Part shown: positions 1-9,440 of the stretch, in pieces
Position numbering within the stretch: the stretch's first letter is position 1
How the letters are laid out: each line of letters opens with the position of its first letter
Origin: a virus
Strand: one strand, 5' to 3'
Length of the DNA: 64,000 bases
IMG/VR virus record: IMGVR_UViG_3300007735_000802
The notes under the pieces: generated by a model
Database searches by the model: none
What the model was told of the DNA's origin: nothing
What the model saw: only the letters and a program-made list of their open reading frames with translations
Translations under genes and position numbers: made by a program

Positions 1-1
1 A

Positions 2-30
2 AGACCCCCCGAAAGGGGGGTTTTCTTTTT
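2..30 (+). terminator. Rho-independent terminator
   Basis: CCCCCC-GAAA-GGGGGG hairpin (5-20) followed by TTTTCTTTTTT. Confidence 0.8.
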
Positions 31-38
31 TATAAATA
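31..38 (+). promoter_or_regulatory. T4-type late promoter TATAAATA
   Basis: Exact gp55 consensus 16 nt upstream of ATG 55, with GGAG SD in between. Confidence 0.75.
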
Positions 39-54
39 AATTTGGAGATTTGAT

Positions 55-990
55 ATGTCAAATAAATTAATTCCCGAATATGTAGAACATTATAAGAAAC
101 AGTTAGTAGAAGATAATACATTATCTTCTTGGGCAAGAAAAAATTATCCTACAATTGGAGCAGCTACAGGTACATTAGTGGGTGGACCACTGGGTGGTGC
201 TGCGGGATATGGACTTGGAAAAGCAATGCAATCTGACGCAGCAAAAACCGCTATTGGTGGAGCAGTGGGTGGAACTCCCACATCAAAAGCAGCAGGAACT
301 GCGGTAGGAACTGCGGTAGGAACTGCTGTTGGTGGACCTGTAGGTGGAGTTGTTGGTGGTCTTGCAGGAGGAGCCTTATCAGATTTCTCAATAGAAGATA
401 TAAAAAGAGGAATTTCAAAAGTTTTTGGTGGTGCAAAGAAACCATCAGGAAGAATGGGATCTGTTGCAAGATTTGTTGAACGAACTCCAAGTGCTGCTAC
501 TCAATATGGAAGAAGAATGCAATATGGTATAGGAATGGAAGAACCAAGATCACAATACGATCTGTACAGAATAGCAATGGCAGATAAAGACATTGCCGCT
601 GCGGAAGCAGAAGCAGGAGGCAATCTTGGATATCAGTCAAGAGCACAACAATTAGCAGGAAGAGTTCAAAGAGGATATAGTGGAACACTTGGTGCTAATC
701 TACAAGGAGATGAAAAGCATGGTGAATTTGCAGGAAAACTTTTCACTCCAGTTGGTGCGTTTGAAAGAGAACTTGCAAAATCAAAAGCAAATACAGCACA
801 AATGAGAAGAGAGATGGAAACTGGAGTTTCAGATAAATTATCAGATTTAGAAATTGTTAGAGGCGGCGGACAGTTTGGAAGTCCAGAAGAGGCAAGAAAA
901 GAAAGACTTGATGCTTCCACTAGATTGATGGATAAGATCAAACGCGAAGCAGAAGAGAAAAAGAGAAAAGAAACTCAAGCAGCAATGTAA
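55..990 (+). CDS. Hypothetical glycine-zipper protein, possible internal head/ejection protein
   Basis: 311 aa; late promoter and SD; GxxxG-rich hydrophobic segments (GTAVGTAVGTAVGG); LVE near N-terminus resembles a gp21 cleavage site. Confidence 0.6.
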   Translation: MSNKLIPEYVEHYKKQLVEDNTLSSWARKNYPTIGAATGTLVGGPLGGAAGYGLGKAMQSDAAKTAIGGAVGGTPTSKAAGTAVGTAVGTAVGGPVGGVVGGLAGGALSDFSIEDIKRGISKVFGGAKKPSGRMGSVARFVERTPSAATQYGRRMQYGIGMEEPRSQYDLYRIAMADKDIAAAEAEAGGNLGYQSRAQQLAGRVQRGYSGTLGANLQGDEKHGEFAGKLFTPVGAFERELAKSKANTAQMRREMETGVSDKLSDLEIVRGGGQFGSPEEARKERLDASTRLMDKIKREAEEKKRKETQAAM

Positions 991-1025
991 AGAAAACAAC
1001 CCCCTTTCGGGGGTTGTTTCTTATT
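991..1025. terminator. Bidirectional Rho-independent terminator between convergent genes
   Basis: AAACAACCCCC-TTTC-GGGGGTTGTTT stem-loop with A/T tracts on both sides. Confidence 0.85.
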
Positions 1026-1028
1026 AAC

Positions 1029-2108
1029 TTATTTTTGTAATATTTGTTTACAGAACTCGTACAAGAAATTACTATAGATTGTTTTCACTGCTGCTTTCAT
1101 AGAATCAGATGTCCAAAATATATCAAGATCAGCTGGTGCTCCATATCCATTTAAGAATTGCTTATTGAAATGATTTCTTATTGCAATTTGTTCTTCTCTT
1201 CTTGCTGGATTTGAAGTGTCTGCTAATGGACTAGTTACTAAATAAACTCTCCAGTTTCCACCAAACCAAACAATAAATCCATCTCCACCATTTACTAAAA
1301 ATGGATAAATTGTATCTTTTAATAATTCATCAAAAGGTATTGTTTCAAAACCTTTTACTTTTGAATTTTCTCCAGTAATATCAGCTATTAATTCTTTAAA
1401 TAGAACAGGACTTATCCATGCTAATTTTTCTTTTGTATTTGAGGGATCAAATCTATTTACTAGTTCAGCAGTTATTTTAGTTTTTAGAGGATCAATTTTA
1501 TCTAAATTAGACTTATCTTTATCAGCAACATCATGCTGGTATAATTCAGCTGCAATCATATCAGATGCCTCTGCTACATCTTTATAACTTTCATATAAAG
1601 CATCTTTAAAATCTTTTAACTGTTTTTCATTTGCTTCGAAAACTCTAATTTGTTTTGTGCAAGTTTCATGTCTAATTGTATCTCCACCATCGGCGCATAT
1701 CCATATTGGAACATTAGGAAGAGCATAATATCCCCATTTTTTATCTGGATATTTTTTCTTTAACACATTTATCGCATCTACCATATTTTTAGATACGGTT
1801 TTTTGATTTACTGGTGTTCCATTTTGATGGGTTTTATTATACTCATTTCCTGTCATAAGAACCCAAGTATGTGGTTCTTCAAAATCAAGAAATACAGTTT
1901 TTGCTGTTGCAAATGGTGCTCCACCATCCACATATCCAGGTTTCTCTACATGGTCAATTATTTGATTTACATCAACAGTTCCATCTGTAGATTCATGATC
2001 ATTTACATCATATTGATAAAGAATAGAATATTGTTCTACTCCTAATTCTTCAAATCTAGAAACAAAAGTTGGATCTGGAATATCGTCTATGTATAACTTT
2101 ATCTTCAT
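1029..2108 (-). CDS. Putative glycoside hydrolase, GH56/hyaluronidase-like TIM barrel
   Basis: VFLDFEEP (DxE) and YPDKKWGYYALP resemble GH56 motifs IDWExWRP and RPxxxWGYYxFP; AAGGAG SD supports start at 2108. Confidence 0.45.
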   Translation of the reverse strand: MKIKLYIDDIPDPTFVSRFEELGVEQYSILYQYDVNDHESTDGTVDVNQIIDHVEKPGYVDGGAPFATAKTVFLDFEEPHTWVLMTGNEYNKTHQNGTPVNQKTVSKNMVDAINVLKKKYPDKKWGYYALPNVPIWICADGGDTIRHETCTKQIRVFEANEKQLKDFKDALYESYKDVAEASDMIAAELYQHDVADKDKSNLDKIDPLKTKITAELVNRFDPSNTKEKLAWISPVLFKELIADITGENSKVKGFETIPFDELLKDTIYPFLVNGGDGFIVWFGGNWRVYLVTSPLADTSNPARREEQIAIRNHFNKQFLNGYGAPADLDIFWTSDSMKAAVKTIYSNFLYEFCKQILQK

Positions 2109-2116
2109 AATTCTCC

Positions 2117-3838
2117 TTACTGACAACCGCTAGTTGATACATTTAATTGTCTAACATTAGGTTCAATTAAATATGGTTGGTTTCTTTCTGAATTTCCATA
2201 ATCTACCATTCCAGCAACACACACATTTTTAATTAATACATTTTTAATATTCAAAGATTTATCAGCATCAGTTGCATGTTTTTTCCATCTCATTGGTTGA
2301 TCTTTGAACTTTATGTTCTCCATCAATAAATGATTTGCATCAATCATCCACCATGATCCAGCAACTGAATTTCTGTCTTGAGATACATCCCAGTTGATAA
2401 AAGCTGTATTATCATATTGCTGAGTGCCTGTAGTCGAACTACAATTCATTTGAAATCCTTGCATCCAAAAATTTCTTGCAGTTATGTTAAAGAATATATT
2501 GTTTTCTCTTCTAATAGGACTTCCAGAATTAGCAAAGAAATGCACTAAATCTGCATGATCATCTCCAATTCTAACATATTGATCTATAAATGCATTTATA
2601 TGCAATCCTGTATTTGCTAATGGAGTATCCCCAGGTCGTATTAATCTAGAATTTATCGAAATATTAGCACTTCTCATTGTTCCTCTGGTGTTGTACATTT
2701 CACAATTTATATAATATGCACCAGCAAAACTAGAACTAAACTCACTTCCAAGTATAGGATCTTTTAAATTTCCATTATCATCATATGCCTCATAAGTGGC
2801 ATAACAATTTTCTATCGATATTATTGAGTCTAAATTACCACTTCTTATTTGTGTTGATGTAATTGTATCGTTATTATAAAAAGTTATATTTTTTACTTGT
2901 ATTAACTTAGTTCCGTAATTACCAACTCCAATTAATTTTACTTGTTCTCTGGTTAAATTTGGTGCTGGTTGTATTGTTATAAAACGACTAATAGTTGTTG
3001 GATTTGGATAAGAATACGATCCAATCCCATTTTGATGACTGCCTTCCATTAAATATATTTTAGCACCATCACATATTCCATTTTGTAGTGTTCTAACTTG
3101 TCTTAGTGCTTTACCTATGGATTGATATGGAAGTGCTTCTGAACCATTTCCTATAGTATCATTTCCATTTGGTGAAACATACATCACTAAACTTGAAAGA
3201 GTTCCATGTGAATTTAAATTTAAAAATAAAGAATGATTTCCATCTTTATATTTTAGATAATTCACTCCACCAACTCTAATATCAGATAATGATCCTTGAA
3301 GAACTCTTGGCATACCTATGTTTGGATATACAATCGCTCTTACTTCAATTAAACCATCTTGAGTGTCAAATGGATTTACAGAAATAAAATATTCTTCCAC
3401 ATTATTTGAGGAATTTAATTTTGGTTGATAAACGGATTTCCATGCTCCACCATTTACAGAAAAATCAACCTTTTGTATACCACAGATATGAAAAGCAACT
3501 ACACCTATTGTAAAATCAGTATTATATTCTGTAAATGGAACATTTGTCCATCTTGCAATGGCTTGGGCATCATATCCCCATTCATCTGGAGAACCGTTAT
3601 TTTCTGGTTGTGGAGTGGTTTCTAAAAATCCATTACCTATATCAGTTCTTTCTTCTTGACCTAGAAATATAGCTAAATCAGCAGCATTTACTGTCCCATC
3701 ACCATTAAAATCATAGTTTGGATTATTAGTATCCCATGAATTTAGAAGTTCAGCCAATTTTTCAGCATCAGATTGTTCATTATTTGGTAAATTTGCCATT
3801 CCAATCAACATCGCAAAGAGAAGTATAAACTTTCTCAA
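2117..3838 (-). CDS. Secreted protein: signal peptide, dockerin/EF-hand-like repeat and right-handed beta-helix (pectate-lyase-like) domain
   Basis: TTG start behind AAGGAG gives MRKFILLFAMLIGMA; DFNGDGTVNAADLAIFLG; YVSPNGNDxxGNGSEALPYQSIGKAL beta-helix cap; DHAD motif. Confidence 0.6.
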   Translation of the reverse strand: MRKFILLFAMLIGMANLPNNEQSDAEKLAELLNSWDTNNPNYDFNGDGTVNAADLAIFLGQEERTDIGNGFLETTPQPENNGSPDEWGYDAQAIARWTNVPFTEYNTDFTIGVVAFHICGIQKVDFSVNGGAWKSVYQPKLNSSNNVEEYFISVNPFDTQDGLIEVRAIVYPNIGMPRVLQGSLSDIRVGGVNYLKYKDGNHSLFLNLNSHGTLSSLVMYVSPNGNDTIGNGSEALPYQSIGKALRQVRTLQNGICDGAKIYLMEGSHQNGIGSYSYPNPTTISRFITIQPAPNLTREQVKLIGVGNYGTKLIQVKNITFYNNDTITSTQIRSGNLDSIISIENCYATYEAYDDNGNLKDPILGSEFSSSFAGAYYINCEMYNTRGTMRSANISINSRLIRPGDTPLANTGLHINAFIDQYVRIGDDHADLVHFFANSGSPIRRENNIFFNITARNFWMQGFQMNCSSTTGTQQYDNTAFINWDVSQDRNSVAGSWWMIDANHLLMENIKFKDQPMRWKKHATDADKSLNIKNVLIKNVCVAGMVDYGNSERNQPYLIEPNVRQLNVSTSGCQ

Positions 3839-3856
3839 TGGAGTACTCCTTTCTAT

Positions 3857-3864
3857 TATGTATA
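3857..3864 (-). promoter_or_regulatory. Probable late promoter variant TATACATA
   Basis: One mismatch to TATAAATA; lies just after the terminator and before the SD of the 3838 gene. Confidence 0.45.
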
Positions 3865-3926
3865 AAGAAACAACCCCCATTTCTGAGGGTTGTCGGACCT
3901 GAGATGCTATCTCAAGTGGGGTTATA
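3864..3926 (-). terminator. Terminator plus upstream hairpin after nrdJ
   Basis: Minus strand: CTTGAGAT-AGC-ATCTCAGG hairpin, then GACAACCCTCA-GAAA-TGGGGGTTGTT-TCTTT. Confidence 0.75.
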
Positions 3927-5843
3927 TTATGTAGTCAGATCTACAAGTTCGCATTTGTCACCACTACATGCGAATGTTTGAGTTCCAACAGTCTTGTCTT
4001 CTTTCTCATAATTTTTGAGTAGAGTCCAATCGACATTCTTTGGCATTTGTTCAAGTGCCTTTTCATACTCTTCCTTGGAACAATCCTGATATGGTGCTTG
4101 ACGATATGAGTGATCGGAATGAGGTAAAAATGAAATACCTGAGATCTCATCAAAGTGCTTATATACAAACGCTCCAACTTCCATCCATTCATGTTCCTTG
4201 ACAGTAACAGTAATTGATGGTTTATGTTCACACCAATGACGCTGATAAGTCAACCACAATTCTAGATGTTCAATTGCTGTAAGATCATTTCGTGTTACTG
4301 AACCTTCTGCCTTCATTGGGAAAGAAAAAACCATGGTGTGGTCTGGTTTCATAACACAAGGTTCCGCAGGGAATCCCATATCAATCATCATCTGACAAAG
4401 AGGATCTTTGCGATCTGCACGAACTGTGCGAATGTAATATTCATTGTGGCGAGCATGAATACCAGATGCAGCATCTGTCAATTGAGATACAGTGCCACTT
4501 GGTTTGATACAAGTGATTGCTGCTGCTGGATTAATTCCAATAATATTCGCCCACTCTTTATTAACTTCGACTGCTAATTCTTTGAGATTGATAAGAGTAT
4601 TTGGAATATCCTGTGTACTTCTCATCATTTTGTTATCAAGAATTCCAGTTAACGAAACACCTAATAGTGCTTCTTCAGTGCAATTCTTCTTCCACTCGGA
4701 TGAGAGATATGGGAAATGAGTCAATGATGCTTGCCATGTTCCTAGAATTGTAGCAAGTCTTACTTTACGACGAAGAGACTCTAGAGTATCTTCAGGACGA
4801 ACTACAACTTCTGTAAGGTTGCAAAACTGACGATCACGAAGAATAATTTCACTGCAAGGATTTGTACCAAACTCATAGGATGCATCACGACGATCACCAA
4901 GTTTAGATACAGTTCTTCTACAAGCATCACGGTTGAAAATACCACGCTCTCCACTCTTTGACTTGTAGAGTGAAACCCATTCGTCCATGAATACGCCTAT
5001 TTCTGGTTTTTCTTTATACGCGACCGAGTTGTTCGCGAGCGCGCGTTGCGGGTTTTCATTCCACCATGCTCCTGACTTGGCATCTCGCATTCTTTCATCT
5101 GTGAGATTGGATAGGCTAATAAGAGCAGATCTACGGACTCCTCCCACCACGACAATTTCTGCAATCTTGCAGACAATATCGTGACATTCAATGGATGTGA
5201 GCTTTCTCCCTGCCGATCTTTTAAAAGTATCAATGGTGAATTTGAAAAGATCTTCGAGAGGTCTTGGTCCACTTGCTCTCCCACCGAAAGTTTTGAGGCG
5301 AGCCCCAGCAGGACGAACCTTTGATAAGTCCCACTTTGGAATCTGACCTCCAATGAGTAAGGAGATAAGTTCTTTGTAAGCCTTAGCCCAACCAGCCTTA
5401 CTATCTTCAACAATAATTGTGGTATCGCTAGGACTAAAGTTTTCAGCGACTGTAGGAAGTTTTTCAACATATTGTCTCTCCACCGAAAATCCTACACCAG
5501 TTCCACACATGAGAATGTATAGGATTTCATCAAACGCTCTTACGCGGTTAATTGCAACATAAGAGCAATTATATCCTGCTGTATTATCTCTCTTCAATGC
5601 ATCCCCGGCCGTCATGAGTGATCGCATGGAAGGCATGATTTCTAGATTCAAAACTGCATCTTTCAATTCCTGACGCAATTCTGGTTGCAAATTATAATTC
5701 AATTGTGTTAGATGTTCATCGAAGAATTTAAAATAACGCTCCACGGTTTCTTCCCATGTCTCACGACGCTTTTCTTTCTCAATCCAGCGAGCGTATCTGG
5801 ATGTGTGTATAAACTTCTGATAATCAGATGGTAAATCTTTCAT
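3927..5843 (-). CDS. nrdJ: Class II (adenosylcobalamin-dependent) ribonucleotide reductase
   Basis: GYNC, TNPCSEI (thiyl Cys), IKPSGTVSQL, WCEHKPSITV, C-terminal ACSGDKC; 638 aa, no nrdB nearby. Confidence 0.93.
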   Translation of the reverse strand: MKDLPSDYQKFIHTSRYARWIEKEKRRETWEETVERYFKFFDEHLTQLNYNLQPELRQELKDAVLNLEIMPSMRSLMTAGDALKRDNTAGYNCSYVAINRVRAFDEILYILMCGTGVGFSVERQYVEKLPTVAENFSPSDTTIIVEDSKAGWAKAYKELISLLIGGQIPKWDLSKVRPAGARLKTFGGRASGPRPLEDLFKFTIDTFKRSAGRKLTSIECHDIVCKIAEIVVVGGVRRSALISLSNLTDERMRDAKSGAWWNENPQRALANNSVAYKEKPEIGVFMDEWVSLYKSKSGERGIFNRDACRRTVSKLGDRRDASYEFGTNPCSEIILRDRQFCNLTEVVVRPEDTLESLRRKVRLATILGTWQASLTHFPYLSSEWKKNCTEEALLGVSLTGILDNKMMRSTQDIPNTLINLKELAVEVNKEWANIIGINPAAAITCIKPSGTVSQLTDAASGIHARHNEYYIRTVRADRKDPLCQMMIDMGFPAEPCVMKPDHTMVFSFPMKAEGSVTRNDLTAIEHLELWLTYQRHWCEHKPSITVTVKEHEWMEVGAFVYKHFDEISGISFLPHSDHSYRQAPYQDCSKEEYEKALEQMPKNVDWTLLKNYEKEDKTVGTQTFACSGDKCELVDLTT

Positions 5844-5864
5844 ATAACTCCTTTAGTCGGTATC

Positions 5865-6566
5865 TTATGTATTCGCTGTCAGTAGACTCCAAGATTCATA
5901 AAACAAAGGTTCAATTATTTCTCCAATTGCCTTTGCATATTCTTGAACTTCCCACTGTGCATGAGGATCTGTTCTTTGTTTGTATACTCTTGCATAAGCA
6001 GAAAGAGAACCAGTCCACCACCACTCGGTATATACACCTTGTGGTAAAATAAATCTTGCTTGCTCTGGTGCAACTCCTGCTTCTAGAAGTTGGTCATAAA
6101 CTTCAATCGCTTGTTTTGCATTTTCACGATAGATTCTGTCAACATGTTCTTTTGCTCTAGGATCTGTGATGAAATCTTCCGATCCTTGCTTTGCACCATT
6201 TGTTGGTTTGCTACGAAAAAATGGATAATAAAGATCTGGTTCATATGAAACATATCTTCGTGAAATTTCATTCTCAACGAACCCAACCTTGTGTTTGAAA
6301 AGTTGTGTACGAATAGAAATTGGTGCTTTAATTCTCAAAGTTATTGAGGTATGTGCAAATGGAGTCCAGTGTTGGTGTTTTGCAAGATACTGAATTAACT
6401 TTGAATCTTTTGCTGAGAGATGACCAACACCATCATGATCAACTTCTTCCCAAGTGCTTTCTTTATTAAACGAAACTCTTGCTGCATTTACAATTGACAA
6501 GTCTGAACCCATATGATCAACATATTCAACAAACCCCGCATCAAGAACATTCTTTCTGTTGTTCAT
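5865..6566 (-). CDS. thyX: FAD-dependent thymidylate synthase
   Basis: HWTPF, RTQLFKHK...NEISRRY, PEQARFILP, HAQWEV. Confidence 0.95.
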   Translation of the reverse strand: MNNRKNVLDAGFVEYVDHMGSDLSIVNAARVSFNKESTWEEVDHDGVGHLSAKDSKLIQYLAKHQHWTPFAHTSITLRIKAPISIRTQLFKHKVGFVENEISRRYVSYEPDLYYPFFRSKPTNGAKQGSEDFITDPRAKEHVDRIYRENAKQAIEVYDQLLEAGVAPEQARFILPQGVYTEWWWTGSLSAYARVYKQRTDPHAQWEVQEYAKAIGEIIEPLFYESWSLLTANT

Positions 6567-7078
6567 TTAAACTCCTTCAAAAAATCACTAGTATCACCAA
6601 GATTCTTCTTTATTTGTTCAATTGCAAATTCAATAAACTTTGGATCATCTGTGATATATTTGCAAACTTTGACAAAGTTACTCCAATCAGTTGTATCAAA
6701 ATTTTCATATGACAAACTACGGGCATGATGAATAAAATTTGCAAGATAATTCTTCATTCCAAGAAGATCATCCTTTTGAGTCTTCTTCTTTTTCATCCAA
6801 ATTTCTTTTGCTTCGTCCTCATTTCCAACCTTGTTAACTAGACGATTAAAACTAGACTCAGTCTTAACAAGAGTCCTGAGAAGTTCATCTAAGAACTTTT
6901 TATTATCTTCATGCCAATAGTCGAAAACAATTCCATTGTCATTCTTTGCATATGTCTTGGCATAATCAACTGCTCTATAAAATAAATCACGATCTGTCTC
7001 GCGAATATATTCACTAAACTTAAAATGAAATTCTACCATGCTGGTAAGAAGTAAAAAATCTTTCTCTGAAATCTTCAT
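6563..7078 (-). CDS. Hypothetical protein
   Basis: ORF coupled by ATGA-type overlaps to primase and thyX. Confidence 0.7.
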   Translation of the reverse strand: MKISEKDFLLLTSMVEFHFKFSEYIRETDRDLFYRAVDYAKTYAKNDNGIVFDYWHEDNKKFLDELLRTLVKTESSFNRLVNKVGNEDEAKEIWMKKKKTQKDDLLGMKNYLANFIHHARSLSYENFDTTDWSNFVKVCKYITDDPKFIEFAIEQIKKNLGDTSDFLKEFK

Positions 7079-8070
7079 TGGCATTTTCTCCATGAATTAA
7101 ATGCTAAAAGTGCAGAAGCATTTTGATGTGTGTTATTACCTATTATAACAAGTGGATCCAGATCATTCAATACCATATCATTTATATCCTTTTCTTTTAT
7201 ATGATCTGGATAAATGCATATTTTTTCGCCGCGGTCGATGAGTTCTCTATAAATTTTCACTATCTCTTTATTTCTTGGTTCATTGTCCAATACGAAAATC
7301 AAATCTTGAGTTGGAAATGTCTTTCTAATTTCTAGAAAATTTCCTGAACCAAGACAAGCAATTGCATTGGGTAGGAAGAGACTGTCGATTGGACCCTCCA
7401 CAACAAAGATACGCTTGCTCAAATTAACAGTATTCAGTCCATAAATTAGTCTTGTTTTTTCATTTCTTTTCAGAGTTATATACTTTGGTTTTATATTTTC
7501 CAAAGATCTACCCTGAGCACCTATAAGTTGATTGTGCTCATCGTAAATTGGAATTATTATTCTTTCGTCTTCAATTAAAGAATAATCTGAATTTATATTT
7601 TTTGCATATGTACCAAATGTTTTGGTGTATTTAAATTTATCCCAGTGCTGCTTTGGTATTTTTCTAGACTGTAGAAAATGAATTGCCTTATGTGTCTCTT
7701 CTAGATCAGAAATAAATTCTGACGAATCAACAATCATACTAGTGATATTTTGTTTTTCTTCTACCACTATAGATTCATGTTTTGGTCTTTCATTTTTCTC
7801 CATAAACTTTTCAAGAGAGTATTGCTTAAAAAGAACAGGAGAAACTATTTCCAAAAATTTGTAGATGTTATGTGATGCACCACAATTATGACATTTGAAA
7901 AAGTAAGTATTTTCTGATTGAAAGAAATAACCTCTCGCTTTATTCTTGTTTACTTCAGAATCTCCACAAATTGGACATCTACAATTTGCAAGATTAATCT
8001 TCTTCCATTTGAATTTTTGAAGAGAAGAAGAAACAAGATTAATATACTTTTGATCAAGATACAGACTCAT
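7075..8070 (-). CDS. 61: DNA primase (T4 gp61)
   Basis: CRCPICGDS...KARG...KCHNC zinc finger; VVEGPIDSLF and DNEPRN TOPRIM motifs; KDINDM. Confidence 0.95.
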   Translation of the reverse strand: MSLYLDQKYINLVSSSLQKFKWKKINLANCRCPICGDSEVNKNKARGYFFQSENTYFFKCHNCGASHNIYKFLEIVSPVLFKQYSLEKFMEKNERPKHESIVVEEKQNITSMIVDSSEFISDLEETHKAIHFLQSRKIPKQHWDKFKYTKTFGTYAKNINSDYSLIEDERIIIPIYDEHNQLIGAQGRSLENIKPKYITLKRNEKTRLIYGLNTVNLSKRIFVVEGPIDSLFLPNAIACLGSGNFLEIRKTFPTQDLIFVLDNEPRNKEIVKIYRELIDRGEKICIYPDHIKEKDINDMVLNDLDPLVIIGNNTHQNASALLAFNSWRKCQ

Positions 8071-9440
8071 CAGAAATTCCAATTTTCAAACTTAAAGTTT
8101 TTATTTTCTTTTGGTTGTTGCTTTGGTTGCGAAGTGGGAATCACAAGCGCATCATCTTTCTTGATGTCAAACACTTTCATCTTCGCACGATTAATTCCAA
8201 GAATAAACTTTCTATTCACTGCTGTATCATTATATCGATTCTTGAGTTGCTTGACCATTATTTGGTTCATCTCTGCCAGTTCTTCGGTAGAGATCAATGC
8301 AAACATGAAATCAGCAGTAGCAGGAAGACCAAACGACTCAGATGTGTCTTCCAATCCCACATCAGAGTTTGAATATCCGGATCTTGTAGTTTGTGTTGCA
8401 CTGAAAATTGGTACATTATATTCAACCGCGAGTCCACGAAGTTCTTCAGCAATAGACTTGATGTATGTATAACTGTTTATGTTATTTCCATTCTTTAAAC
8501 GAGCAGATGCACATATATTCAAATAATCGATGAAGATAACATCTGGTTTAAACTTTCTCTTTAACCAAAGTTCATCAAGTAGAAATCTAAAGTGATTTAC
8601 ATTTGCTGTTGCGGTAGGATATTCTTTGATGATAAGTTTTCCAGTTACACCAGCACTCAGATTTTGCATTCTCTTTTCATAAACTGTCTTTGGAAGTTCC
8701 TTCAGGTTATCAAGAGTGATGTCTAATAGATTTGCATCTATTCTTTCAGCAATTCTTTCTTCTGCCATCTCACAAGTAATATACAAAACATTTGAATTTT
8801 GTTTCAGACAATTCGCGGCATGGTGGCAAAGAAATAATGACTTACCAACACCAGTTCCTGCCATGACGATATTGAGTGTCTTAGCAGGAGTTCCACCATT
8901 TGTGATTTGATTAAAGAAGTCCAAGTCAAATGGAACTTTCTTTTCAACTGTATGATAAAATTCGTAACGCTGTTCATAATCTTCAATGTAGTCATGTCCG
9001 ATATGTACATCAAAGGAAACAGCAAGTGCTTTTGATAAAATATCAGGGATTGCTCCTTGACTATTTTGAGATTTTCCATCAATGATGGAAATAGATTCCA
9101 TAATTGCATTATAAACTGCCTTTTCTTTGCAGAATGTTTCTGTCTCTGCAAATAACCATTCCATATCACACGATTCCTTACTGTTTGAAATTTCCTCAAC
9201 AATATTGGAAACGCGCTTTAGTTCATCCTGTGTGATTGATTTATTTTTATCAAGAATAATATACAGTGCCTCTTTTGTGGGCAAGTTATTATACTTCAAA
9301 ATAAAATCATGAATGCTCTCAAAAACAAATCTTACAGATCTGTCATGAAAATACTCCCTCTTGAGGAAGGGAGTAACTTTTCGTGAGTATGGTTCATTTT
9401 TGAGAAGACTGTGTAGTATTAGTTTTTCGATATCCGTCAT
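8070..9440 (-). CDS. 41: Replicative DNA helicase (T4 gp41)
   Basis: AGTGVGKS Walker [27 protein letters not shown]. Confidence 0.96.
   Translation of the reverse strand: MTDIEKLILHSLLKNEPYSRKVTPFLKREYFHDRSVRFVFESIHDFILKYNNLPTKEALYIILDKNKSITQDELKRVSNIVEEISNSKESCDMEWLFAETETFCKEKAVYNAIMESISIIDGKSQNSQGAIPDILSKALAVSFDVHIGHDYIEDYEQRYEFYHTVEKKVPFDLDFFNQITNGGTPAKTLNIVMAGTGVGKSLFLCHHAANCLKQNSNVLYITCEMAEERIAERIDANLLDITLDNLKELPKTVYEKRMQNLSAGVTGKLIIKEYPTATANVNHFRFLLDELWLKRKFKPDVIFIDYLNICASARLKNGNNINSYTYIKSIAEELRGLAVEYNVPIFSATQTTRSGYSNSDVGLEDTSESFGLPATADFMFALISTEELAEMNQIMVKQLKNRYNDTAVNRKFILGINRAKMKVFDIKKDDALVIPTSQPKQQPKENKNFKFENWNF

Noticed and set aside
5844-5864. Cobalamin riboswitch upstream of nrdJ
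   Set aside because: The spacer is only 21 nt and contains just an AAGGAG SD.
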